From the sequence record NC_071039.1: 64,000 nt of DNA; one strand, given 5' to 3'. The notes beneath the pieces were generated by a model, which was not told the origin of the DNA, did not search any database, and saw only the letters and a list, made by a program, of their open reading frames with translations. The position numbers and the translations under genes are program-made. Every line of letters starts with the position of its first letter. Positions within the stretch are counted from its first letter, which is position 1. This document shows, piece by piece, positions 36,961-46,481 of the stretch.

Positions 36961-38559
36961 TTAGAAGAACCATGTAAATGTTATGTTGTTAGCATCTGCG
37001 TATACATTAGTAAACGAATCTAAAGAATAGTTATTAAAATTAATATTGTATGTTCTGAAGAATTCTAAATCTGTATAAGTAGTGCTTCTTAAATATACCA
37101 ATGATGAATTGTAGCTAAGTCTCCCAGTGCCAGCAGCCATACCGGTAGATATTTGACCGTCACTAGTAACTCCTACAAACGGAACAACAGAACCCGCAGC
37201 AGGCGTAGAAAATGAATTGTAATATATTCTATATTTCCCTGTACCTAGTTTAGTTAGTGTACAGTTGTGTGACTTATAAGTAGAACCTGTTATTCCGTTA
37301 AATTGTATCCAAGCTTTAACTACACCTTTCGGTTCGTTAGCCCTAAACCATGACTGGAATGAAGAGACATTTGCTCGTCTAACATAGTTATCGCTTGTAT
37401 TTGAATTTCTAAATAGAATTAAATTTCCTGTTTCTATATTTTCGTCTGGATTAGAAACTTGAATGTGTCTAACATGTACATCTCCTGCACCATCTCTTAA
37501 TACAACTGCATTGTCATTTGGACTGCTAGATTGATACATGCCATTTAATAATAATGTATTGACAGCCTTTCCGTTTAGTGGAAGTGAACCGACAGCAGCG
37601 TTAGACGGTATTCTTCCTGTATGATACATTTCACTAGGATTAGTATCGTAGTCTATTATTAAATTAGTTTTTGTAAATCTATATGATCTTACTGGTTGTG
37701 CTGTTTGATTGTTTGCAGTAGCACGATTGAATACAACCATGGTAACCATAGGATCACTATTATCGTTAATAAACGATAACATAGCACCAGTATCGTTTGC
37801 AGCTGCAATTCTTCCGTCTGATCTTATTCCGGACAACAACTCTATATTTCCTGCACCTGTGTTAACTACTATAGAACCTTTAGAGTTATTATACGTTAAC
37901 GCAGTATTAGTGATTATACCGGTTGTATCAAATGTTCTATAAACAACAGGGTTGTCTACAAGGACAAAATCAGCACTAGTTAAGCCATCTAATCTGTCAG
38001 TATTATTTACTGTACCACCTTTTGTCATAAAAAGATTGTTTACAGTAGTTTTATTGTAAGTTTCTGAAGTCCCGTATACTTCTAAATTAGATCTGCATAT
38101 AGATGCATCTAATACATCTGCAAGATTTAATGTTTTATTGAATGTGTAAACATTAGGAACATTTCCCAATCCCACTTGTTCTTTTGTTGTCTCGTGGGGA
38201 TCGTTAATACCTGTCCTTGATTCGTGATCTGTTAGCCCATTTAAAATAGTAGATCCTAGATTTTTCCAATCGGAAGAAACAGACGTAGGCTTATCATTAC
38301 TTATGTAAACTTTAACACTTTTTTCATCTGGATTAAACCATAATTGACCTTCTATCGGATTTAACGGAGCAATAGTGTGACTAAAATTTTCCATCTTCCA
38401 TAGCATATTCTGGAAGAACTGACTTTTGTAAAATTCATTATACGATCCTATTAGTCCAATAGAAGAGTACGTATTGTCTATTTGTATATCGTTAACGGTT
38501 TTATTTGGTTTAGAAGAGCCGCCGTTGACAGATGAATAACGTTTAATAGTGTAAGGCAT
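36961..38559 (-). CDS. Tail fibre-like structural protein (paralog 2)
   Basis: MENFSHTIAPLNPIEGQLWF, NDPHETTKEQVGLGNV, VKAWIQFNG..KLGTGKYR. Confidence 0.7.
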   Translation of the reverse strand: MPYTIKRYSSVNGGSSKPNKTVNDIQIDNTYSSIGLIGSYNEFYKSQFFQNMLWKMENFSHTIAPLNPIEGQLWFNPDEKSVKVYISNDKPTSVSSDWKNLGSTILNGLTDHESRTGINDPHETTKEQVGLGNVPNVYTFNKTLNLADVLDASICRSNLEVYGTSETYNKTTVNNLFMTKGGTVNNTDRLDGLTSADFVLVDNPVVYRTFDTTGIITNTALTYNNSKGSIVVNTGAGNIELLSGIRSDGRIAAANDTGAMLSFINDNSDPMVTMVVFNRATANNQTAQPVRSYRFTKTNLIIDYDTNPSEMYHTGRIPSNAAVGSLPLNGKAVNTLLLNGMYQSSSPNDNAVVLRDGAGDVHVRHIQVSNPDENIETGNLILFRNSNTSDNYVRRANVSSFQSWFRANEPKGVVKAWIQFNGITGSTYKSHNCTLTKLGTGKYRIYYNSFSTPAAGSVVPFVGVTSDGQISTGMAAGTGRLSYNSSLVYLRSTTYTDLEFFRTYNINFNNYSLDSFTNVYADANNITFTWFF

Positions 38560-40934
38560 TATAGATTTACCCAGGATGAAAAATATACTTGTAATGATGC
38601 TAATCCCGGATCGTCATATTCCCTCGAATAATCTTGATAACCGGTTCCGTCGTTGTTATTAAAGTTACTGTTTAATGTACTAGCAACGTCAAAGTATGAT
38701 AATGTTTTGTTATAGCAATATATAGACACTGCTCTAAATGCTTTAGAATAGTTAACAACATCTCCCTCTATGGCACCTACATGCCCCTCTGACATACATT
38801 GTGTCATAACAGCATAATTTGTATTTGTTGGACGCAAAGTAGTAAAATAGAATCTATATAATCCTGTTCCTAATTTTGTTATAGATAAGTTTAAAGTGTT
38901 TATTACAAAGAAGGAGCCGCCCGTAAGATTTGTGTCTGAGAATGATGCTAGACCTTTTGGCATATCTATTTCTACTTTCCAGTCATATCCTAAATAAGTT
39001 ACTAATTGGTCCCTGCTAGCAAAACGAACATAATTGTCATTAGTATTATTGTTTCTAAATGTTACTTGGGCATTTACTGACATAGGGTCTGCATTAGTGT
39101 ATGTCATACTAAATGAAGATGCAGATAGATACCCGCCGTTTGCATCAGGAAGATTAGAAGGCGTATATCTTACTGCTATTGTGTTGGCACCCGGACTAGT
39201 TGAATTTATTTTACCGTTAAGTAAATATGAATCTACGGCAGTACCGTTCCACGCCAACGCTCCTACTTCGGCAGCAGTCGGCGGCCGTCTGTCGTGGAAT
39301 GCTAAATTACCAGAACCTATATATAGATTGTCTGCTTTAAATGATATGATACTATTTGCTACTAATGGGGTATTTATTGCACCAGCATCATAGAAGACAA
39401 ACTGTATTCCGTTATCTAATGTATTGTTAGTAACCATATTCATACTAACAGCAGTAGTATTATTTTGAGAATGAATATCTGTAACAGTACCGCCTAGTAT
39501 TAGACTAGTTCCATAATTAGGTTTATATGCTAATCTGAAACTATTATCATTCATTACTATTACATCTCCTGATGTAACAGATGAAGTTATAGACGAAGTA
39601 ACAAACGGTGTTTGTTTTTTAACGTAAGCTGTGCTATCTAACCCGCCTAGTAATTCTGAATCTGGAGAAGAACTATTTGATTTATCTACGAATAGATTAT
39701 TATATTCTTGGGAATTGTATGTTTCGTTTTTACCATATATAGATAAATTATTTCTAGCGGCTGCCTTATTTAAAACATCTGCTAGGTTCAGTGTTTTATC
39801 GAATGTATTTACGTTATCTACTAACCCTAGCCCTATCTGTTCTTTTGTAACTTGATGAGGGTCGTTTTTATCATTAATGTGAGCACTAAGTAAATCTAAT
39901 GTGCCCTGAGTTAATGGATGCCATTTTGCTAGATTTGTAAATTCGCCAGGTTCTCCTACATATACATAAAATGATCCTTGTGTACCGGGTCCTTCTGTTT
40001 TATACCATAGTTGTCCTTTTATAGCATTTTGGGGAGGAGAAGAACTAGCAAAGTTTTCTACCATCCATATCATGGATTCACTAAATGCTTTTTCGTAACC
40101 TGCCGAATTATATCCTGGCATAGATATAGAAAGTAAGTTAGAAGAAATATAGTTATCGGGTACATTTAATCCTGGAATCTTGTTATAGCACTTTGCAGAA
40201 AAAGATAATACTTCGAAAGTACATAAATCCTGATTACCTGATACAAATCCAAATAATGCAGATGTTTTAAAATCAGTTAGTGTATCATCGTTTAGATCTA
40301 TAGTAAACACTGAGTTATCTAATATTACGTTAGAATTCCAGTCGGAACACTTAGCTGTTATTTTATTATTTTCTCTAATTACATTAATAATTGTATATCT
40401 ATTTGACCAACCGAGATATCCTGTAGATGATGTAGAAGTAGCCCCAGCAGGACTATTAATTCCTATTGTTTTACTAGAAAGAATCGTTCTGGTTTTATTG
40501 TTATCTAAAATTAGTTCCCAATTCCTTCCAGATCCACTGCTGGATGTATTACCTAATGACCGGACAGCAGATATATATTTTCCTTTTTGTCCAGCAACAC
40601 ACAAACCTAACCTGTTATTTCTTATAGAACTGCTAGATATTTTTATTGTAATATTAAAATCACTAACTTGATCCATGTATAACGCATAGCTATATAACGA
40701 TGCTGCATTAGTTGATATAGGATCAGGAGTTCTTGTGTAAGAAAGAATAGAAGTAGCTGACCATCCTGCAGTGACGCCGCCTATTGCTTTTCCTTCCCAT
40801 GCATCATACAAGTTAACTGATGTAGCTTTTGACCAATCGGAAACAACTTCTTGGTAACTAGGAAAAGAAGTTAGTTCTCTATTTTGGTAATAATTATTTG
40901 ATAAACGTAATTCGTAACCCATGACAATGCTCAA
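38559..40934 (-). CDS. Tail fibre-like structural protein with extra N-terminal domain (paralog 1)
   Basis: MVENFASSSPPQNAIKGQLWY, NDPHQVTKEQIGLG, RPPTAAEVGAL, KLGTGLYR. Confidence 0.7.
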   Translation of the reverse strand: MSIVMGYELRLSNNYYQNRELTSFPSYQEVVSDWSKATSVNLYDAWEGKAIGGVTAGWSATSILSYTRTPDPISTNAASLYSYALYMDQVSDFNITIKISSSSIRNNRLGLCVAGQKGKYISAVRSLGNTSSSGSGRNWELILDNNKTRTILSSKTIGINSPAGATSTSSTGYLGWSNRYTIINVIRENNKITAKCSDWNSNVILDNSVFTIDLNDDTLTDFKTSALFGFVSGNQDLCTFEVLSFSAKCYNKIPGLNVPDNYISSNLLSISMPGYNSAGYEKAFSESMIWMVENFASSSPPQNAIKGQLWYKTEGPGTQGSFYVYVGEPGEFTNLAKWHPLTQGTLDLLSAHINDKNDPHQVTKEQIGLGLVDNVNTFDKTLNLADVLNKAAARNNLSIYGKNETYNSQEYNNLFVDKSNSSSPDSELLGGLDSTAYVKKQTPFVTSSITSSVTSGDVIVMNDNSFRLAYKPNYGTSLILGGTVTDIHSQNNTTAVSMNMVTNNTLDNGIQFVFYDAGAINTPLVANSIISFKADNLYIGSGNLAFHDRRPPTAAEVGALAWNGTAVDSYLLNGKINSTSPGANTIAVRYTPSNLPDANGGYLSASSFSMTYTNADPMSVNAQVTFRNNNTNDNYVRFASRDQLVTYLGYDWKVEIDMPKGLASFSDTNLTGGSFFVINTLNLSITKLGTGLYRFYFTTLRPTNTNYAVMTQCMSEGHVGAIEGDVVNYSKAFRAVSIYCYNKTLSYFDVASTLNSNFNNNDGTGYQDYSREYDDPGLASLQVYFSSWVNL

Positions 40935-40946
40935 TATTCTTTATGA

Positions 40947-40954
40947 TATTTATC
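40947..40954 (-). promoter_or_regulatory. Late promoter motif GATAAATA for fibre operon
   Basis: TATTTATC upstream of 40934. Confidence 0.65.
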
Positions 40955-41017
40955 ATAGTAATTTTAGGTAAATTTATGAAATTATATTTATTTTCTTTTA
41001 TAAAACATAAAATATAG

Positions 41018-41046
41018 TTGTTTAATTTAGCTGGGTGTAATATAAT
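41018..41046 (+). promoter_or_regulatory. Possible sigma70 promoter
   Basis: TTGTTT-17 nt-TATAAT. Confidence 0.45.
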
Positions 41047-41052
41047 TTGTAG

Positions 41053-41321
41053 TGTATGCAATACATTTGCATATATACCAAGCACTGTATGGTGAGTTGC
41101 ATACAGCGATGGGCAATCGTAGTGCCGACATTGATCTAGTATGATCTGAAATAGGTCCCTTACGCCGAGGTAAGGCTATCTGGCACGGATAGTAGTGGAT
41201 GTGTATGTTCGAAATAACGATATCATATTTTAGACATACGCCGCCGTCAGCATTTTTAGTTTGCAACTGCTGATATCTTTAAGTTTTGTTGATGGCCGGG
41301 GGTGGTGCCCAGTGCATTTTT
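41053..41321 (+). ncRNA. Candidate structured ncRNA (~265 nt), family not recognised
   Basis: GC-enriched intergenic island with at least six stems, G-U pairs on + strand, possible pseudoknot, ends in T5. Confidence 0.55.
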
Positions 41322-41516
41322 ATTGTAGAGTTAATGTGTAAAAGAAATAAATGTGATTAAAGACGAGGTTCTTTTCTAAAACTGTTTCTAAAAATAATTG
41401 CGTTAAACCTTGGGTTTAATTAGTGTATTATATATGCTATATAATTAGCCCTACATAAACATGTATGTTTAACTTGTTTAGTTAACAATAAAATATGCAA
41501 ATTAAGGAATTAACTT

Positions 41517-41684
41517 ATGACTAAATTTAATAAAAAATCGTTAGATACGTATGAAGATAGAGAAGATTATAGAGATGAAGAAACCGGTGACAGGTTAAAT
41601 AATAAGAAATCTGAACCTAAAAAAAATAATACTGATTATAAGCCGTTTGGTAAAATTACCAACCGCTATAATAATGATAATTAA
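41517..41684 (+). CDS. Small charged protein (55 aa; below ORF-track cutoff)
   Basis: AAGGA RBS; MTKFNKKSLDTYEDREDYRDEETGDRLNNKKSEPKKNNTDYKPFGKITNRYNNDN. Confidence 0.55.
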   Translation: MTKFNKKSLDTYEDREDYRDEETGDRLNNKKSEPKKNNTDYKPFGKITNRYNNDN

Positions 41685-41712
41685 ATAGTAAATATTATTA
41701 TCATTTACTACG

Positions 41713-42132
41713 GTGATAATAATGATAGAAACTATTTTAACTTCGAGAGTATTTGCTTATGTAGTTTGCATAGGTATAATATCGTTAGCAATAACGCTCT
41801 CATATCAAAAATATCAAAAGCTTATTAGTGTAAATAAATCTCTTGAACAATCTATAGAAACGTTAACTAATGATAATAATTCATTGCAGTTAACTATTTC
41901 TGAACAAAATAAAAAGATTGAAACATATATTCAACTTAGATTATATGAAGAATCTATAGCCAAACAAAAAGCAGAATCACATGCTGCTTTAGAAAAACAA
42001 TTACAAGATACTAAATCTCAGTTAAATGAATTAATAGAACGTAGAAAGAATGAGGCACCAAATGATCAAAGTGTGTTATGCTCTACTGTCAGGATTGATC
42101 CTGCTTTACGCAACTGGATGCTCGCAAACTAA
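41713..42132 (+). CDS. i-spanin (Rz-like)
   Basis: N-terminal TM helix, coiled coil, C-terminal Cys; overlaps lipoprotein gene. Confidence 0.75.
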   Translation: MIIMIETILTSRVFAYVVCIGIISLAITLSYQKYQKLISVNKSLEQSIETLTNDNNSLQLTISEQNKKIETYIQLRLYEESIAKQKAESHAALEKQLQDTKSQLNELIERRKNEAPNDQSVLCSTVRIDPALRNWMLAN

Positions 42133-42379
42133 ACCAGTTAAATCTGTAGTGATAGAAAAGGAAATAGTTCCTGTTCTTCCGCCAGATTCTCTTATAGTAT
42201 ATTGTTACGAAAATGAAAAACCCGACACGTATGGTGAAACGGTAGGTTCGGTTAAAAAACTAAAATCTATAATTAAAAATTCTTGTAATAAAAATATGAA
42301 AGATATAGAACTTTGGAAATCTGAAGTTAAAAAACTATATCCTACTGCGAATGACTTAGAAATAAAAAAGCAGCCTTAA
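42050..42379 (+). CDS. o-spanin lipoprotein (Rz1-like)
   Basis: Signal peptide with lipobox LYATG-C; PVLPPDSLIVYC; overlaps i-spanin 3' end. Confidence 0.75.
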   Translation: MRHQMIKVCYALLSGLILLYATGCSQTKPVKSVVIEKEIVPVLPPDSLIVYCYENEKPDTYGETVGSVKKLKSIIKNSCNKNMKDIELWKSEVKKLYPTANDLEIKKQP

Positions 42380-42390
42380 GCTGCTTTTTT
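42364..42390. terminator. Bidirectional terminator between spanin and holin
   Basis: AAAAAAGCAGC-CTTAA-GCTGCTTTTTT with both stop codons in the loop. Confidence 0.8.
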
Positions 42391-42639
42391 ATTGTCCGAG
42401 TCGCATGGGTTTATTTTATCTTTTATATTCTGTTTTATATAACTTCCTGCAATACCTAGTATACTAAACAAACATACTAATCCTATAAATACGTGAGTTT
42501 CTATCAAAGAACTAAATCCAATAATTGCCGGAACACCGTATTGTGCAATAGCCATTAATAAATTCACTACATGGAAAATATAAGAATATCTTTTATATAT
42601 TTTAGTCCAATTATCTGTTAATTTAAGTTTCCTAAACAT
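42376..42639 (-). CDS. Holin-like membrane protein
   Basis: 87 aa, two hydrophobic segments, basic termini, overlaps endolysin end. Confidence 0.65.
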   Translation of the reverse strand: MFRKLKLTDNWTKIYKRYSYIFHVVNLLMAIAQYGVPAIIGFSSLIETHVFIGLVCLFSILGIAGSYIKQNIKDKINPCDSDNKKAA

Positions 42640-43133
42640 ACATTCCTCTCTTCAGTTCTTCGTTTTACTAATCCTTTTAAAACAACTCCTCCTGCTTTAG
42701 TCCATTTTAGTAATTCGTTGCATGCTCCTACTTTATCGCCTGCATTTAATTTTCTAAGCATTGTGGATTGATTTCCATTTTTTAATGTGACAAATCCGTC
42801 TTTAACCCCTTTTTTCCCTGGTCCTACGTTATATAAGAACGAAAGAAACGCAGCATGTTCGTATGGCGTTAATTCTACCTTTACTACATTTGTTAAGATT
42901 TTATTATGTTCTAAAAGATCTTTTGCTAATTGATCCAAACATTGGTTGTCTGTAAATTGTTGTCCTTTTTTTAGCTCAGGTCCGGTGTGACCGTAGCAAG
43001 ATGTTAAAATTCCTACTGGATCTACATATACCTCGTTTACTTTACCTTCAAACGGAGCCAATAATGCTCCTCCTAGTGCAATTGCACCGGATAATCCCAT
43101 TGCAATTAATTTTTTTCTAATATTATTATCCAT
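42618..43133 (-). CDS. SAR endolysin (GH24 lysozyme, phage 21 R-like)
   Basis: N-terminal Gly/Ala-rich SAR helix LIAMGLSGAIALGGALLA; triad E-x8-D-x5-T in FEGKVNEVYVDPVGILTSCYGHT; GLVKRRTEERNVC. Confidence 0.9.
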   Translation of the reverse strand: MDNNIRKKLIAMGLSGAIALGGALLAPFEGKVNEVYVDPVGILTSCYGHTGPELKKGQQFTDNQCLDQLAKDLLEHNKILTNVVKVELTPYEHAAFLSFLYNVGPGKKGVKDGFVTLKNGNQSTMLRKLNAGDKVGACNELLKWTKAGGVVLKGLVKRRTEERNVCLGNLN

Positions 43134-43254
43134 ACTAATCCTTTATAAAATAAAACATGTTAACATATATGTCAACTATATGTATAACGGCAGCTTTGCA
43201 ATAGTAGCATTATGCTATATACTGTTTTTTATAACATAAACCGTTGGAGTATAT

Positions 43255-43686
43255 ATGACACTTATTTCTCAAATAAAAGCAGATCAACTTTCTGCTCGTA
43301 AATGTAAAAATAAAATAGCTACATCTCTCCTTACTACACTACTTTCAGAAGCATCTCAACCCGGCATAAATGACGGAAAAAGAGAATCTACAGATAACGA
43401 AGTAATAAGTGTGATTAATTCGTTTATCAAGAATAACAAAATAGCACAAGAAAATGCTAGCAAAGATATTCTTTGCGTATTACAAGAAGAATTAGCTATC
43501 TTAGTTTCTTATCTACCCGAACAATATACAAAAGATAAATTAACTGAGATTATATCTAAATATATAAATAATAATCCTGATTTTACTATTTCGTCTGTTA
43601 TGCAGTATTTACGACAAAATCATTCAGGAAAATATGAAGGTAGAATGGCAAAAGAAATAATTGATACTTGTATGTACGGAGTTTAG
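43255..43686 (+). CDS. GatB/YqeY-like protein
   Basis: IKADQLSARK...LLTTLLSEA...DNEVISVI...ELAILVSYLPEQ...VMQYLR. Confidence 0.8.
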   Translation: MTLISQIKADQLSARKCKNKIATSLLTTLLSEASQPGINDGKRESTDNEVISVINSFIKNNKIAQENASKDILCVLQEELAILVSYLPEQYTKDKLTEIISKYINNNPDFTISSVMQYLRQNHSGKYEGRMAKEIIDTCMYGV

Positions 43687-43900
43687 TGTGAAAATTTTAG
43701 AAATGGCAGAATCTAGTTGGATAGAATTTGTAGAAAGAAAAGACAATGATGTTGTATTGCAGACAAAGTCTGGATATACATATCTTATAAAACGAGTTCC
43801 AGATGACGTATGGCTCGAATGGAATACAGCTCCTTCCGCAGGGGCGTATTTTGTTGCAAATATAAGAAACAAATATCAAATTAATAAAGTTGTAGGATAA
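43661..43900 (+). CDS. KTSC domain protein (true start probably GTG 43688 or ATG 43703)
   Basis: SSWIEFV...SGYTYLIKRVPDDVWLEWNTAPSAGAYFVANIRNKY. Confidence 0.75.
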   Translation: MILVCTEFSVKILEMAESSWIEFVERKDNDVVLQTKSGYTYLIKRVPDDVWLEWNTAPSAGAYFVANIRNKYQINKVVG

Positions 43901-44370
43901 TGATAGAAATAATAGCAGCAATTGGACCCAAATTAGAAATAGGACTCAATGGACGATTGCCATGGAATTACATATCAGAGGATATGGCTCATTTTAAAAA
44001 ACACACAATAGGGAAATGTGTTATAATGGGCAAGACGACGTTCGAGAGTTTAAATAAAATACCTCTGTCTGGTCGTACTAACATTGTGATGTCTACTAAT
44101 GAAATTTACACAGGCGTATGTAACGTAAGATCGGTCAAAGATGCGTTAGATACAGCAATGATAAAAGACAAAGGTATTGCAGTGATAGGCGGCGCCAGCG
44201 TTTATAAACAATTTGAAGGTATAGCAACTAAACTTGTAATAACACATATACCGGATAAGTATATATTGTCTGCAGATACTTATTTTCCAATAGATCTAAA
44301 TAACTGGAATGTTTTTAACGAATATAATATAACATCTGATATAATTGTTAAGGAATATGTTAAAAAATGA
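43900..44370 (+). CDS. frd: Dihydrofolate reductase
   Basis: IGLNGRLPW..DMAHFK..T...VIMGKTTFESL..PLSGRTNIV...VIGGASVY. Confidence 0.95.
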   Translation: MIEIIAAIGPKLEIGLNGRLPWNYISEDMAHFKKHTIGKCVIMGKTTFESLNKIPLSGRTNIVMSTNEIYTGVCNVRSVKDALDTAMIKDKGIAVIGGASVYKQFEGIATKLVITHIPDKYILSADTYFPIDLNNWNVFNEYNITSDIIVKEYVKK

Positions 44371-44612
44371 TATTTTTTCATATTTTAGGGGTTGTAGGTA
44401 CAGTATGTGTATTATTCTGTTATTGGATGATAGCAGAAGGTAAATGGACAAATAAAACTAAAAAATATTATTTAATTAATGGAATCGGCGCGTTATTTTT
44501 GTTAGCTAGTTTAGTTGTTAATTTTAATTTAGGATCTGTAATTCTAGAGATATTCTTTTTGATTATTACTGTTCGTGGATATTTAAAGGCAATAAAAGAA
44601 AACGATGTATAA
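44367..44612 (+). CDS. Small three-TM membrane protein
   Basis: Hydrophobic; YYLINGIGALFL...NFNLGSVILEIFF. Confidence 0.75.
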   Translation: MIFFHILGVVGTVCVLFCYWMIAEGKWTNKTKKYYLINGIGALFLLASLVVNFNLGSVILEIFFLIITVRGYLKAIKENDV

Positions 44613-44874
44613 CGAAATAATAAACCGTATAAATTCTGAACAAGAATTTAAGAGATTATTAAAGGCGTCTGATACTAATTTTCCTGTAAAAATATCTAAA
44701 CATTTTATATTTGATAAATCTTCTAATGTTTCTCTAAATATGAAAGATATAATTTATCCTGTTGCATGTATAACTGTGTTTTCATTTGTACAAAATACAG
44801 ATATAGGTGTATGCAATCACCATGTATATCCATTAGAGTGCATTAAAGCCAAATTGTTTACTGAGGAAAATTAA
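44605..44874 (+). CDS. Hypothetical protein
   Basis: Coupled ORF in early operon. Confidence 0.6.
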   Translation: MYNEIINRINSEQEFKRLLKASDTNFPVKISKHFIFDKSSNVSLNMKDIIYPVACITVFSFVQNTDIGVCNHHVYPLECIKAKLFTEEN

Positions 44875-45429
44875 ATGGGATCTCATTTAATAAAAACTGG
44901 TGTAAAAAATATAAAAAATAATTCTCAACAGATAGAATTTGACGATATAGTTAAGTTAGTATCTGATTCGTATAACAGATGTGTAAATGAAATAAACAAA
45001 TCAAAAATAGAATCCGATCTGTTATTAGAAACAACGTACTCTGAAGAAATAGAATACGTCGAACGGATAATTAATTTTTATAGGAAAAAAAATACAAAAT
45101 TATTGTTAAATGCAATGAAAATTACTAAAACAAAACATTTACTTTTTTCTATTAAGTCTACAACCGCTTGCCCTGCTCACGGCGAAGTGCTATGTATTGG
45201 TAGATATAAAGGTTGGCCATCTGCTTGGACTATACTTGAAAATTTAATAGGTGTACAAACACGTTGTGGTAATTCTAATCAACAACAATTTCAACTATTA
45301 AATATAAACTTAATAGACAAAAAATTTATTAATAACGTAGTGGATGAAAATGGAAATATAATTATTGATTCTAAAATTCGTAAGGAATTAGAAAAATACG
45401 CTGTAGTAACTAGGAAAAGTTGGTATTAA
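44875..45429 (+). CDS. Hypothetical protein
   Basis: 184-aa ORF in operon. Confidence 0.65.
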   Translation: MGSHLIKTGVKNIKNNSQQIEFDDIVKLVSDSYNRCVNEINKSKIESDLLLETTYSEEIEYVERIINFYRKKNTKLLLNAMKITKTKHLLFSIKSTTACPAHGEVLCIGRYKGWPSAWTILENLIGVQTRCGNSNQQQFQLLNINLIDKKFINNVVDENGNIIIDSKIRKELEKYAVVTRKSWY

Positions 45430-45444
45430 TAATAGGGGTAAAAC

Positions 45445-46008
45445 ATGAATATTTCCTTGCGCCGCGCCAGAAAATTAGAAATTAAATTAAAGAATTTTTT
45501 AAATGAATCTGCAAATTATAAAGCACAGATTAGGGTAAATTCTAATAGTGAACAGATCATAGAAACACTACATGTATCTAGGGTAAAATTTGAAACTGAT
45601 TTAGAAAATAAAAGAAAACTAATATCTGCTAGATTTAAAATAAGAGAACTAATTGGTAAGAATAATCACAACGTAGGAATCGACAATCTTATTACCCAGA
45701 GAGAGCACATAAAAGAACAAATAGTTCTTCTGCAAACTATGTTACTTAATGATACTGTAGAAGATTGTATTGCATGTGATATAATAGAAGCAGAACGAAA
45801 ACTAAATGAATCTATGGGTAAGAAAACTACTGTAGTTCCCGTTTCTATTATAAATTCTAATTTAAAATCAAAATACTTATTAGAAAAAAATTCATTAAAA
45901 GCACGTTTAGACGAAATTGATGAAAAGATTTTATCGTTAAACAATTCTACTACTATAACAATTGATGACGATATAAAAGAATTATTGCTAGATAATAGAC
46001 TTATTTAA
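45445..46008 (+). CDS. Hypothetical coiled-coil protein
   Basis: RBS AGGGG; 187-aa helical ORF. Confidence 0.7.
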   Translation: MNISLRRARKLEIKLKNFLNESANYKAQIRVNSNSEQIIETLHVSRVKFETDLENKRKLISARFKIRELIGKNNHNVGIDNLITQREHIKEQIVLLQTMLLNDTVEDCIACDIIEAERKLNESMGKKTTVVPVSIINSNLKSKYLLEKNSLKARLDEIDEKILSLNNSTTITIDDDIKELLLDNRLI

Positions 46009-46079
46009 TAATCATATATAACTATTGACGTTATATTTTAATTGTGTTTTACTATGTAAAAATTTTAAGGAATAAAAAT

Positions 46080-46331
46080 ATGAAAGTAGAAATTTACGGT
46101 AAAGAAAATTGTCCGCATTGTAAAAATGCAGTTCAGTTATGTGAAATGAGGGGATTAGAATACTATTATTACGATGTTAGTGATCAAGAAACCGGCATGG
46201 AATTAATAACAGAATTAACTAATCGTATAGGAACTAGGCCGAAATCTGTTCCTCAAATTTTTATCGATAATCAACATGTGGGGGGATATACTCAGTTTCA
46301 TTGTGCATTAGATGCAGCAAGGAATATGTAA
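46080..46331 (+). CDS. nrdC: Glutaredoxin (start at ATG 46080, RBS AAGGA)
   Basis: MKVEIYGKENCPHC...SVPQIFIDNQHVGGY. Confidence 0.92.
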   Translation: MKVEIYGKENCPHCKNAVQLCEMRGLEYYYYDVSDQETGMELITELTNRIGTRPKSVPQIFIDNQHVGGYTQFHCALDAARNM

Positions 46332-46481
46332 ATAAAACTATTGTATGTTTTTGTGTAAAGATGTAATACTTCGTTTTATCGGTTAAATTTTAAAAATTTT
46401 CTAATTCAGTAAACAAAAAGGTCGTGTTAGAAACATTTTGTAAAAATTTCTTTAAAACTTATATAGATATTTGGTTATTAC

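Noticed and set aside
41027-41266. 79-aa minus-strand ORF over the structured island
   Set aside because: No RBS or motif; G-U pairing and promoter orientation favour a + strand RNA
41292-41316. GGCCGG..TGGTGCCCAG resemblance to the HDV ribozyme 5' end
   Set aside because: Remaining nested double-pseudoknot elements are absent downstream
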